Origin: a virus
Lineage: Duplodnaviria > Caudoviricetes
Direction: 5' to 3' (one strand)
DNA length: 56,488 bases
Virus record (IMG/VR): IMGVR_UViG_3300012665_001166
Span: 1-56,488 of that record
Positions within the stretch are counted from its first letter, which is position 1, and every line of letters starts with the position of its first letter. The notes below the pieces were generated by a model. That model was given only the letters and a program-made list of their open reading frames with translations. It did not search any database and was not told the DNA's origin. Positions 10,124 to 20,272 of this stretch are shown here, in pieces. The translations under genes and the position numbers were made by a program.

Positions 10124-11531
10124 ACTGGGTATCATAGTACCTTATAGAGATAGACCTCAACAGCTTTATGATTTTAAATTAAAAATTTCTAGTTACTTAT
10201 TAGCACAAGGAATTAACTACGAATTAATTGTCGTAGAACAAGACCCTGATAAGAGTTTTAACAGAGGAAAGTTATTAAATATTGGATTTCAAAAAGCAAA
10301 GAGGTTAGAGTGTACCTATGTGTGTTTTCACGATGTAGATATGCACCCTATAAAAGTAGACTATAGCCCAGTAGATAAACCAACACAGTTAGCTAATAGA
10401 TTTGTATACGAAGAAGGAGTTAAGAGAACAGTAGCCGATGAATACTTCGGCGGTGTTACTCTATTTCCTATTTCTCAATTCGAAGATGTTAACGGATATT
10501 CTAATGAGTATTGGGGTTGGGGTTTTGAAGATAATGATTTGTTAGTTAGATGTAGAGAGAAAGGTATACCACTTGCAACAAAATTTTACAAACAAAATGG
10601 AGTAAACGGTATAGGGTTAGACTTTAACGGAGAGTCTTCTTTTGTGAGATTACCAAACGTTTGTAATTTTAGAAAACCTCTAACGATATACACTACGTTC
10701 AAGCCTTATAGAATAAAATCAAACCCTGTAGAGATTGCAGATGAACTAGCAGTTTATTCTATACCAGGACGAGATCTAAACCTATCTTATAATTCATTCA
10801 ATACTTATAAGTTTGAGACCTTTGATAAAAACGGGGAACCTCATTCTATTCACTCAAAAAATTTGCCTCCCCTATCTGCTAAGAGTATAGTAACTATAAA
10901 CCCTAAAACTAAAAAGATAGAATTTTACCTTAATGGAGAGAAAGTTGGTACAAAGGGTATAAAAGATACTTTACACCCATATTGGGATCAAAAATATATG
11001 TACCTAGGAGTTGGGGATCCTTTGAGAGAAAAGGTTCAAAAGTACTTTTACGGATATATAACAGAGTTTGCAGTATTTAGTAGAGAATTATCTGCGGAAG
11101 AGATAAAGAGTTTAAATAATAACTCTAGATATAGCTTAACTCAAGAGTTTGATAGATACAGCCCAGGTAATGAACTTGAAGTATACTACGACGGACGACA
11201 TACAATTGGAAATACCTTAGTAGACTTAAGTAGGAATAATAAAGATGGACAGTTAATCAACTGCGGGTTAGTAGAAACATACCAACCTCAAGAATATGTT
11301 CAGTTAATACCTTCACGTAGGTATAGTACTTTCTCAGTTTTAAATCATAAAGAAAATGGATATAAAGACGGGTATTGGGTTAACTGGGCTAGTCGTGAAA
11401 ATCAGTTAAGGTATTATGAAAAAGTTAAAGAAGGAAGTACTCTTGAAAACGATGGCTTAAACAGCCTTAGATACTCTGTAAAAAGCTTATCAAGTAAGCA
11501 GAACTATCACCATTTATTAGTTACGTTATGA
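10116..11531 (+). CDS. GT7 (beta-1,4-galactosyltransferase-like) with inserted LamG/ConA-like domain
   Basis: IIVPYRDR, FNRGKLLNIG, FHDVD, YFGGV, NGYSNEYWGWGFEDND; insert LDFNGESSFV...FYLNG...FYGYITEFAVFSRELS; GT7 tail DGLNSLRY. Confidence 0.85.
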   Translation: MDKLGIIVPYRDRPQQLYDFKLKISSYLLAQGINYELIVVEQDPDKSFNRGKLLNIGFQKAKRLECTYVCFHDVDMHPIKVDYSPVDKPTQLANRFVYEEGVKRTVADEYFGGVTLFPISQFEDVNGYSNEYWGWGFEDNDLLVRCREKGIPLATKFYKQNGVNGIGLDFNGESSFVRLPNVCNFRKPLTIYTTFKPYRIKSNPVEIADELAVYSIPGRDLNLSYNSFNTYKFETFDKNGEPHSIHSKNLPPLSAKSIVTINPKTKKIEFYLNGEKVGTKGIKDTLHPYWDQKYMYLGVGDPLREKVQKYFYGYITEFAVFSRELSAEEIKSLNNNSRYSLTQEFDRYSPGNELEVYYDGRHTIGNTLVDLSRNNKDGQLINCGLVETYQPQEYVQLIPSRRYSTFSVLNHKENGYKDGYWVNWASRENQLRYYEKVKEGSTLENDGLNSLRYSVKSLSSKQNYHHLLVTL

Positions 11532-12946
11532 TAAAACATAAATTAGGAGTTTGTGTTCCTTACCGAAATAGAGAATTACACCTACAGGAGTTTGTACCTA
11601 AAGTAGGTAAGTACTTGAAAGAACAAGGTATAGATTTTCAAATGTATTTCTGCCATCAGGTAGATGATAAGTTATTTAATAGAGGAGCTACAAAAAATAT
11701 TGCAGCTAAACATGCATTTGAAGACGGATGTGATTATATAGTATGGCATGACATTGATATGATCCCGGAAGAGGATTGTGACTATTCATACCCAGAAAAC
11801 GGACCACGTCACATTGCAACAAAAATATCACAAATGGATTACCAGCTAAAGTACCATGAGTACTTCGGTGGAGCTGTTTTATTTACAAAAGAACATGTAG
11901 AAGCTACAAATGGATATTCTAATAACTACTGGGATTGGGGAATGGAAGATGACGACCTATTTTGGAGATGTCATGTAGAGGGTCTTACTAGAAATACGTA
12001 TTTAGGACCTCGTCCTTTAAAACAGAAGTATTGGAGATTTAATGGCGAAGATTCCTATATGAAGATTCCTTTTCATAGAGAGATGAGAGGAATGACAACA
12101 GGGAGTCATACTATTTCAATACTCACTAGAGCATTTCAACAACCAGAAAAAAATCCTATCTTTTTACTAGGAGACCGTAATAACAAGTATGTGGAGTATC
12201 CTATCTTCAGACTACCAGGATACGATTACGGAATCTCTTTCAATAACTCTAGAGCTATGACTCTAACTTTTTGGAATAACTTTGATGCACATAATTACAT
12301 GTGGGTTAAAAGATACGACAACCAGTGGAGTTGGGTTACAGCGGTTATAAATGAGAATACAAAGACAGCTCACTTATACTTAAATGGGACTGAGGTAGAC
12401 TCTAAAGGAGGTTTTGGAAGCCCTTCACCATTGGAATGGGAAGGTAAATTAAAAAGCTACGGAAGTAACTCTGCATACTTAGGTATGACTCCTTCTTTAG
12501 AAGAAGGAAATCCTGTAAAGTATTTTAAAGGTGATATAGCTAAAGTATTTGCTTGGAAACGAGCTTTAAGTCCTACTGAAGTAGCAGCTATACACCTAAA
12601 TCTACCTAAAGGTGATCTTGTATTAAACTTAGATGCTGATTATCCTAGAACAACAGTAGAGAGTTATGGCGTAGAGGAGAGAGAAGAAACATTTAAAATA
12701 CCTAATTCAATTATACCTTATAGAATCGAAGGTAAGTTTAGATGCTTACCACATCCTGATGAAGGAATTGTAAACGGTAGATTTGTGAAGGGAGAGACAA
12801 CAGCAGCTAATGAAAGACGTTACGTACTCCAGATGCAACAAGGAGAGGTAAAATATAAAGAAGACGGAATCAAACAAGTTCAATATACCCTAGTAGAAGA
12901 GAAACAATTAACTCCTTGGGCTAAAATGTTAAATATAACCCTATGA
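11528..12946 (+). CDS. Second GT7 with inserted LamG/ConA-like domain
   Basis: VCVPYRNR, FNRGATKN, WHDID, YFGGA, YWDWGMEDDD; insert RFNGEDSY...LYLNG...FKGDIAKVFAWKRALS; tail DGIKQVQY. Confidence 0.85.
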   Translation: MIKHKLGVCVPYRNRELHLQEFVPKVGKYLKEQGIDFQMYFCHQVDDKLFNRGATKNIAAKHAFEDGCDYIVWHDIDMIPEEDCDYSYPENGPRHIATKISQMDYQLKYHEYFGGAVLFTKEHVEATNGYSNNYWDWGMEDDDLFWRCHVEGLTRNTYLGPRPLKQKYWRFNGEDSYMKIPFHREMRGMTTGSHTISILTRAFQQPEKNPIFLLGDRNNKYVEYPIFRLPGYDYGISFNNSRAMTLTFWNNFDAHNYMWVKRYDNQWSWVTAVINENTKTAHLYLNGTEVDSKGGFGSPSPLEWEGKLKSYGSNSAYLGMTPSLEEGNPVKYFKGDIAKVFAWKRALSPTEVAAIHLNLPKGDLVLNLDADYPRTTVESYGVEEREETFKIPNSIIPYRIEGKFRCLPHPDEGIVNGRFVKGETTAANERRYVLQMQQGEVKYKEDGIKQVQYTLVEEKQLTPWAKMLNITL

Positions 12947-14340
12947 GTTTACAAGAAGTAAAAAATAAACTAGACGGAGTAGGATGTGGATTTTGTTTGG
13001 CAAAATGGACTCAAGTTACTATGCACTTAGGTATGGGTATGACACATTCATGTCACCACCCTTCCCCTCATAAGATACCATTAAAAGAGGTAGAAAGAAA
13101 CCCTTCAGCACTACATAACACTTCTTACAAAAAACAGAAGCGAAAAGAAATGCTAGAAGGGGGAAAACCAGAAGAGTGTAATTATTGCTGGAAAGTAGAA
13201 GAAAGTTCTAACTCTTTTTCTGATAGAGTTTTTAAATCCTCAGAACCATGGTCAATAGATCAATTTGATAAGATTAAAGATAGCCATTGGAGGAATGATT
13301 TTAACCCGAAGTACGTAGAGGTATCTTTCTCAAATACCTGTAACTTTAAGTGTGCTTATTGCGGCCCACAGTATTCATCAAAATGGGTAGAAGAGATTGA
13401 GAAACACGGGGCATACCCAACTAGCTACAATTTTAACGACATTAGCAATATACAGGCAAGAGGAGAAATGCCGTATAAGCATTCTGAAATAAATCCATAT
13501 GTAGAAGCATTTTGGAAATGGTGGCCAGACTTATATAAAGACCTACACACTTTCAGAATAACAGGAGGAGAGCCTTTATTATCTAAAGATACTTTTAAGG
13601 TTCTAGAATATATACAAGACCACCATCATAAGAATCCAAACTTATCCCTTTCTATAAACTCTAATCTTGGTGTTCCGGATAATCTTATAGATAAGTTTAT
13701 TGAGATTGCTAAAGACCTTTGTGAAAATAACAAAGTAAGAGAACTTACTATTTTCACTTCAGTAGAAGCTAAGGGGGCACAAGCAGAGTATACTAGGTAT
13801 GGATTAGAGTATGATAGATTCTGGGCTAATGTAGATAAGATTTTAACTGCTTTACCGAAAGTGACTATCAACATCATGGCAACATTCAATGCACTTTCTG
13901 TATTTAGTTACGATGAGTTAATAGATAAGACTTTTGAAATGAAAAAGAAACATGCTAATGGACAAAGGTATTGGGTATCTGCATTACAGCTAGATACATC
14001 GTACCTAAGATGGCCTACTCATCTTTCCGTAAAAATACTAGAACCAGAACATAAAACTTTAATTTTGAAGTCTGCAGAAAAAGCACTATATTATGGTATC
14101 AAAGAATTTACTAACGACAATTACGGCTTTTCTAACGTAGAGATTCAAAAAATAAAACGAATATATGACTACGCTATTTCAGAAGATGATTTTGATATAG
14201 AAAGAAATAGAAAAGACTTTGTCATATTTGTAGACGAATTAGATAAACGAAGAGGTACAAACTTCTCAGAGACATTCCCAGAACTAAAAGAATTTTATGC
14301 TAAAATTAAAAACAGGAGAACCATGGGTATTTTGGCCTAG
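12943..14340 (+). CDS. Radical SAM protein with N-terminal twitch/SPASM-like domain (1 of 5)
   Basis: CNFKCAYC and ITGGEPL; N-terminal CLAKW...SCHHP...ECNYCW. Confidence 0.9.
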   Translation: MSLQEVKNKLDGVGCGFCLAKWTQVTMHLGMGMTHSCHHPSPHKIPLKEVERNPSALHNTSYKKQKRKEMLEGGKPEECNYCWKVEESSNSFSDRVFKSSEPWSIDQFDKIKDSHWRNDFNPKYVEVSFSNTCNFKCAYCGPQYSSKWVEEIEKHGAYPTSYNFNDISNIQARGEMPYKHSEINPYVEAFWKWWPDLYKDLHTFRITGGEPLLSKDTFKVLEYIQDHHHKNPNLSLSINSNLGVPDNLIDKFIEIAKDLCENNKVRELTIFTSVEAKGAQAEYTRYGLEYDRFWANVDKILTALPKVTINIMATFNALSVFSYDELIDKTFEMKKKHANGQRYWVSALQLDTSYLRWPTHLSVKILEPEHKTLILKSAEKALYYGIKEFTNDNYGFSNVEIQKIKRIYDYAISEDDFDIERNRKDFVIFVDELDKRRGTNFSETFPELKEFYAKIKNRRTMGILA

Positions 14341-14881
14341 TAGTATCTGTGATACGTTTCCTGAACATCCAGGGAATAGAATACTAAGAGGAGATTGTTA
14401 TTTTGAGTTTGATCTTAGGTTTACTTTAAGAGAAGAACCAGTAGAGAGAAAAACAATATTTGCACTACTTCCTAAATACACAGGATTAGATATCCATTCA
14501 GAAGGAATGGTTTTTGCATATACGACAGAAGATGAGACCTCTTATGTAAACTTACCCGCACTAATTAAAGTAGGTGAAGAAGTGTTATTGACAGTAGAAC
14601 ATCAACCAAATAAGTATTTAAGAATATTTATTAATAAGGAACTAATTGAAGAGATTAATTTAGATAATAAGGTTTTTGGTTTAGACGATAGCCCGCATAT
14701 TATATTTGGTGCAGGTAATTTTCCTAAAAACAATTTTAACCTAAACTATACAAGTTTAGATCTTCACGAATTTATATTAAAAGGAATAACAGGAGTACTA
14801 TCTCATCATACTTTTGAGGAGTTTATATTTGATAAGTCTGTTGATATTTCCGGTAACCTAAATTTTATACACAAGTTATAA
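14297..14881 (+). CDS. Stand-alone LamG/ConA-like beta-sandwich protein (putative)
   Basis: Beta-rich, with LRIFINKELI, IIFGAGN and VDISGN segments like the LamG inserts upstream. Confidence 0.45.
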   Translation: MLKLKTGEPWVFWPSSICDTFPEHPGNRILRGDCYFEFDLRFTLREEPVERKTIFALLPKYTGLDIHSEGMVFAYTTEDETSYVNLPALIKVGEEVLLTVEHQPNKYLRIFINKELIEEINLDNKVFGLDDSPHIIFGAGNFPKNNFNLNYTSLDLHEFILKGITGVLSHHTFEEFIFDKSVDISGNLNFIHKL

Positions 14882-16503
14882 TGGGAGTTTTCGCAAAAAA
14901 GGACGATGAATCGTTCCAAGAATATAGAGAAAGGGTTGTAAATAAACTATCCCAATCTTTTTGTGGCGCTAAATGGTACAATGCTACCATCTGGTTAGGT
15001 AACGGTACGACAGCAAGTTGTCATCACCCACCTGCACATAAAATACCTTTAGAGGAAGTAGCAAAATCTTACAAAGCAATTCACAATACAACTTATAAGA
15101 AAGCCATCCGTAAGCAGATGATGGAAGGTGAAAGACCTAAGGAATGTGAATATTGCTGGAAGATAGAAGATTTAGGTCCTGATAAAGTATCTGATAGAGT
15201 TTACAAATCAGTTATTTACACAGATGAAGAATTAAAGCAAGCAAAAGGTGAATTAGGCTATACAGAAGATGTTGACTTAAAAACATTAGAGATTGCTTTT
15301 GACCCTAACTGTAACTTCGGCTGTTCATATTGTAACGCTTCTTTTTCTACTACTTGGCAGAACGATATTAAAAAGTTTGGCCCATATCAGAATTTAGTAT
15401 CTGACGGAGCTGGAGCTTTTCAACATGACGGAAGACATGCAATGCCTTATGGTAGAAAAAACGAAGGTAACCCCTATATAGAAGCTTTTTGGAAATGGTG
15501 GGAAGCAGAATTACAATACTCTTTAAGAGAGTTAAGAGTAACAGGAGGTGAGCCAACTATGTCTCCAGACTTTTGGAAGCTAATGGATTGGTGGAAACGC
15601 AACCCACAATGTGAAGTTCCTTTTGCAGTAAATTCAAACTTAGGTCAGAAGAAAGAGTTACTAGATGCTCTTATAGAATCTACTCACAGTTTTAAAGATT
15701 TTAGTTTATACACTTCTTGTGAAGCAACAGGACTGCAAGCCGAGTATATTAGATACGGCCTTGAATGGGATACTTGGTTAAAAAATATGTACCGAGTTAA
15801 CGAAGAAGCAAACGTAAAGTCTGTAAACGTAATGATGACTATAAACGGATTATGTTTATTTTCAATCACAGAGTTTATGGATGAAATGTTAAAATTAAAA
15901 GCAAAGCATGGCGCTCATGCAGCTATAATGTCTTTTAATATACTACGTTTTCCTTCCTTCCAATCAATAGTAACGCTCCCTGTTTATATTAGAATGGAAA
16001 GAGCAGCTCATATTGAAAAGTGGTTAGAGGAAAATTGGAAAGGAGGCTCTAACGGACTACTTGATATGGAAAGAGATGGTATACTTAGAATGATAGAATA
16101 CATTAAACAAGTAGACACAGGTCATGCTTTTACTTCATCATTAGAGAGTCGAGAAAGAGACTTTAAATCTTTCTACGCTCAATACGATGTTAGACGAAAT
16201 AAAGATATTATCAAAGCATTCCCAGAAATTAAAAAATGGTGGGATTCTATACCAGAAACTAAACTAGATGCTCTTAAGGAGGTAATAGATGGAGATGATG
16301 CTAAGTCAAACAGGTACGTTCACGACGTCTTAAAGAAAGCTAAAGAAGAAGGATGGATACTAAACCCACAATGGCATAACCCAGGATCACAAGAGTATAT
16401 AGAACCAGATAATCAACAGCAAGATGATATGATTGATTTGATTGATTTACTAAAGAAAGAAACTGACTTAAAAGGTCCTGGTATAAAACATAAATTAATA
16501 TAG
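14881..16503 (+). CDS. Radical SAM protein with N-terminal twitch/SPASM-like domain (2 of 5)
   Basis: CNFGCSYC and VTGGEPT; CGAKW...SCHHP...ECEYCW. Confidence 0.9.
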   Translation: MGVFAKKDDESFQEYRERVVNKLSQSFCGAKWYNATIWLGNGTTASCHHPPAHKIPLEEVAKSYKAIHNTTYKKAIRKQMMEGERPKECEYCWKIEDLGPDKVSDRVYKSVIYTDEELKQAKGELGYTEDVDLKTLEIAFDPNCNFGCSYCNASFSTTWQNDIKKFGPYQNLVSDGAGAFQHDGRHAMPYGRKNEGNPYIEAFWKWWEAELQYSLRELRVTGGEPTMSPDFWKLMDWWKRNPQCEVPFAVNSNLGQKKELLDALIESTHSFKDFSLYTSCEATGLQAEYIRYGLEWDTWLKNMYRVNEEANVKSVNVMMTINGLCLFSITEFMDEMLKLKAKHGAHAAIMSFNILRFPSFQSIVTLPVYIRMERAAHIEKWLEENWKGGSNGLLDMERDGILRMIEYIKQVDTGHAFTSSLESRERDFKSFYAQYDVRRNKDIIKAFPEIKKWWDSIPETKLDALKEVIDGDDAKSNRYVHDVLKKAKEEGWILNPQWHNPGSQEYIEPDNQQQDDMIDLIDLLKKETDLKGPGIKHKLI

Positions 16504-16504
16504 A

Positions 16505-17746
16505 ATGCCGCAAGATAAATTAGATCAGTTTCCTATAGAAACAGCAACAGCATGTCAGTTTAAATGGACATGGAGTACATTATTCTTATCTGTCGGTACT
16601 TCTTCTAGTTGCCATAGGTGTAAAGGATGGGATGTATCAGAAAATATGCAAGACTTCCATAACCATCCAGGTAAGGTAGCAGATAGAGAAAAAATGTTAG
16701 AAGGACAATGGCCAGGTAATGGTTGTGAATACTGTAAAAAAATAGAAGATGCAGGAGGAACTAGTGAAAGAACAGCTTACATAAATTCAAGCTTATTAGC
16801 ACCAAAAGAGTTAAGAGAAGATAGTTTTGCAACTAAAGTAACCCCAAGGATATTAGAGGTATACTTTACAAACGTATGTAATCAAAAATGTGTATACTGT
16901 TCTCCATTTTTTAGCTCTCTAATACAAAACGAAATAGATAAGTTTGGACCTTTAGAATCGGAATATGACTTAGACGGATTTAAAGGAAGGTCTGATTACG
17001 AAAAACTCAAAGCTGATTTCTGGATATGGATGGATAAGAACTCAACAGAGTTATACCATTTTCAAATACTAGGAGGAGAGCCAATGTATCAACCCGAGTT
17101 TGAAGAATGTTTGAGTTACTTTGAAGAAAGAAACCACCCTAATACCAATTGGAAGATATTTAGTAACCTAAAACACAACCCTGCTAAGTTTAAAGAAAAG
17201 ATTGAAAGAATAAGTAAGTTAATACAAAGCGGTAAGCTAGAATCTTTTGAAATTGTATGTAGTATGGACTGTTGGGGACCTCAAGCTGAATTTGCAAGAT
17301 ACGGAATGAGTCTAGAAGAATGGCAACAAAATTTTAATACATTACTTGAAGATCCATATGTAAAAATTTCTATACACTCCACAATCACTCCAGTTACTTT
17401 ACCGACAATGGCTGAGTTTTATAGAAAAGTACTAGAGTGGAATAAAATAAAGAAAGTTGACTTTGGATGGAATACAGTTGCAAGACCTACTTTTATGAAT
17501 CCAGACCAATTAGGGACTTATGCAAAACCGTATTTCGATGAACTACTAGAAGTAATACCAGAAGACGATCATAGAAGACAATACCTTCAAGGGTTTGCTA
17601 CACAAGTTACAACTCACCCTATTGATTATGAGTTGATACATAGGTTAAAGAAGTACTTAGATAAGATAGATGAAAGAAGAGGTACCAACTGGAAAGCTTT
17701 ATACCCTTACTTAATTAACATATATGACAAAAATAAAACCATCTGA
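16505..17746 (+). CDS. Radical SAM protein (3 of 5)
   Basis: CNQKCVYC and ILGGEPM; CQFKW...SCHRC...GCEYC. Confidence 0.9.
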   Translation: MPQDKLDQFPIETATACQFKWTWSTLFLSVGTSSSCHRCKGWDVSENMQDFHNHPGKVADREKMLEGQWPGNGCEYCKKIEDAGGTSERTAYINSSLLAPKELREDSFATKVTPRILEVYFTNVCNQKCVYCSPFFSSLIQNEIDKFGPLESEYDLDGFKGRSDYEKLKADFWIWMDKNSTELYHFQILGGEPMYQPEFEECLSYFEERNHPNTNWKIFSNLKHNPAKFKEKIERISKLIQSGKLESFEIVCSMDCWGPQAEFARYGMSLEEWQQNFNTLLEDPYVKISIHSTITPVTLPTMAEFYRKVLEWNKIKKVDFGWNTVARPTFMNPDQLGTYAKPYFDELLEVIPEDDHRRQYLQGFATQVTTHPIDYELIHRLKKYLDKIDERRGTNWKALYPYLINIYDKNKTI

Positions 17747-19073
17747 GGGGAATAAAACATTCTGTATTGCTCCATGGACACATACATACCTTTCGCCACA
17801 AAGCGAAAGAAGGCTTTGCTGTGCATCGAGAGAAAAAGCAGAATGGGCTACACAGTATTTAGATGCAGAAAAAGCCTCAGAAGGAGCTAACTATAGTCCT
17901 ATAACCCTGGAAGAGCATTGGAACTCAGAATATATGAAAGGTATACGTAGAGATTTAATGCAAGGAAAAGAGATACCTCAATGTGCTGTATGTAATGATA
18001 AATTACTAAACATTTCTATATATCGAGATTATTTTACGAAAACATTATTTCCAAATAAGATAGAAGAGGCTTTTGAGAAAACAAGAGAAGATGGTCATAC
18101 AGAGATGAAACCAATTTCTTTCGATTACAGGATAAAAAATCTATGTAATTTTAAATGTAGAATGTGCGGCGATCAATTATCATCATCTTGGGAAGCAGAA
18201 AGAAGAATGATGGGACATTACGATATGCCAGGTAATACAGACTACTGGGCTCAAAAACATAATAAACCTGTTATTGAAACCTTTCAAAGAGATGTTGCTG
18301 AAAAGGAATTATGGGAAGCGGTAAAGAGCGGTACCATAGAAGAAATCTACTGGGTAGGAGGAGAACCTTTAATGTGGGATATACACTGGGAGATAATGGA
18401 CTACTTAGTAAAAACCGGTGGCTCTAAGAATGTATGGATACGTTATAATTCGAATTTTTCTAGAACAACATACAAAGGGTATGACCTTAAGGAATTACTT
18501 CCTCATTTTAAACAAGTACAGATCTGTGCATCTATTGACGGGACAGGAAGTATTGTAGAGTATGTTAGACATGGTATTAAATGGAATGAATGGATAAAGA
18601 ATTTTAAAGAATATACATTTTTAAATAAGCAATATGGTGAGTATGGAATTGCATTTGATCTTACAATAACAACACCAGGTCTATTTAGCTTAAAATCTTT
18701 ATTTGATCTATCAGTTGAACTAGATGTACACACCTTAATAAAAACAACTTTTGCTTTTGATAGTAGTATAATAATGTGCCCTCAAGTATTACCTAGACCT
18801 TTATTTAACGAAGTTATAGACGATGTACTAGACCACATTAGACCTATTGTAGTAGAGAAACCAAAATATAACTACTGGATTACTTGTTTAGAAGATTTAA
18901 AAAATAGACAAACATTCCAAGAGAAGTACGAAGACTGGAGAGACGGTTTTAGGAGAGGTAAAGAAAGGTTAGAACAGGTAGATACTTTCAGAGGAGATGA
19001 AGGTAAGTTGCAAGAAATTTTTAAACAAAATAAAAAAGTATTAGACTGGTGGAATCAAACAAACATGATATAG
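17724..19073 (+). CDS. Radical SAM protein (4 of 5)
   Basis: CNFKCRMC and WVGGEPL; CIAPW...LCC...QCAVC. Confidence 0.9.
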   Translation: MTKIKPSEGNKTFCIAPWTHTYLSPQSERRLCCASREKAEWATQYLDAEKASEGANYSPITLEEHWNSEYMKGIRRDLMQGKEIPQCAVCNDKLLNISIYRDYFTKTLFPNKIEEAFEKTREDGHTEMKPISFDYRIKNLCNFKCRMCGDQLSSSWEAERRMMGHYDMPGNTDYWAQKHNKPVIETFQRDVAEKELWEAVKSGTIEEIYWVGGEPLMWDIHWEIMDYLVKTGGSKNVWIRYNSNFSRTTYKGYDLKELLPHFKQVQICASIDGTGSIVEYVRHGIKWNEWIKNFKEYTFLNKQYGEYGIAFDLTITTPGLFSLKSLFDLSVELDVHTLIKTTFAFDSSIIMCPQVLPRPLFNEVIDDVLDHIRPIVVEKPKYNYWITCLEDLKNRQTFQEKYEDWRDGFRRGKERLEQVDTFRGDEGKLQEIFKQNKKVLDWWNQTNMI

Positions 19074-20272
19074 AAAATATTCCGTATAAGGAAAAATCTT
19101 TTTGCGTACTTCCCTGGATACATTTAGCAACCCACCCTATAGGTACCGTAACTCCTTGTTGTATAACAGATATGGAGAACGATATGAGTACTGCGAAGAA
19201 AGACGGTTTTAATATGTTTTTAAATAAAGATAAATTAGAGGATATAGCAAACTCAGGTTTATTTAAAGATATAAGAAAACAGATGATGAAAGGAGAATAT
19301 CCTTCAGCATGTAAAACTTGTTACTTTTACGAAAAGAGTCAAGTCTATAGTAAGCGAATGGAAAGTAATTTAAAGTTTAAAGAACACATTGAAGCTTGTT
19401 TTGACAATACATTAGAGGACGGAACTCTTAAACAAGTAGATTATAGGTACATTGAATTAAGACTAGGAACAGTTTGTAATTTAAAATGTGTAACTTGTAA
19501 TCCTTTTAGTAGTAATAGGTGGAATGAAGATGTTTCTGCATTTAAAGATACAGAGTTTGAGAAAAGCTATTTTAAATGTGATATAAGAACAGAATGGTAT
19601 AGAGATACTAACTTTTATGATGAGTTATTAACAAAATGTGAATACTTAGAAGAGGTTTGGATCAATGGAGGAGAACCTACTTTGATTAGAGAACATGGAT
19701 ATTTTTTACAAAAGTTAATAGAATTAGGAAAAGCAAAAGATATTAACCTACATTATAGTATTAATATGACAAGCATTCCAGACGATTTTATTAAAATATG
19801 GAAGCAATTTAAACAGGTACGTTTACATTTATCTATAGACGATCTGGAAGAAAGAAACGATTATATAAGATACGGATCGAAATGGGATGTTATTTTTTCT
19901 AATTTTAAGAAAATATTAAAATATAAAAACATATTTACGTTGGAAGTTTGCCAAACTGTAAGTATATTAAATGTAATGAATATAGATAACTTCAAGAAGT
20001 TCTGTCTAGATCATGAAATTACAGTAGCGCACAACTATGTACATCACCCAGCTCTACATCATGTTGCAGTACTACCAGCCCATTTAAAAAAGAAACTACT
20101 TAACAGCATACAGTATCTACGTCCGGATGAGAAAAAAAGACTTGTTGCAGAGTTAGAACAACAGCCGCTTGAAAATACCTTTCAAAAGTTTCAAGAGTTT
20201 ACAAAATTACTAGACATAAAACGAAACATTAAAATACACGATTACTTAGAGGAATGGAAAACGTTAATATAG
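19049..20272 (+). CDS. Radical SAM protein (5 of 5)
   Basis: CNLKCVTC and INGGEPT; CVLPW...PCC...ACKTC. GTG start is uncertain. Confidence 0.9.
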   Translation: MESNKHDIENIPYKEKSFCVLPWIHLATHPIGTVTPCCITDMENDMSTAKKDGFNMFLNKDKLEDIANSGLFKDIRKQMMKGEYPSACKTCYFYEKSQVYSKRMESNLKFKEHIEACFDNTLEDGTLKQVDYRYIELRLGTVCNLKCVTCNPFSSNRWNEDVSAFKDTEFEKSYFKCDIRTEWYRDTNFYDELLTKCEYLEEVWINGGEPTLIREHGYFLQKLIELGKAKDINLHYSINMTSIPDDFIKIWKQFKQVRLHLSIDDLEERNDYIRYGSKWDVIFSNFKKILKYKNIFTLEVCQTVSILNVMNIDNFKKFCLDHEITVAHNYVHHPALHHVAVLPAHLKKKLLNSIQYLRPDEKKRLVAELEQQPLENTFQKFQEFTKLLDIKRNIKIHDYLEEWKTLI

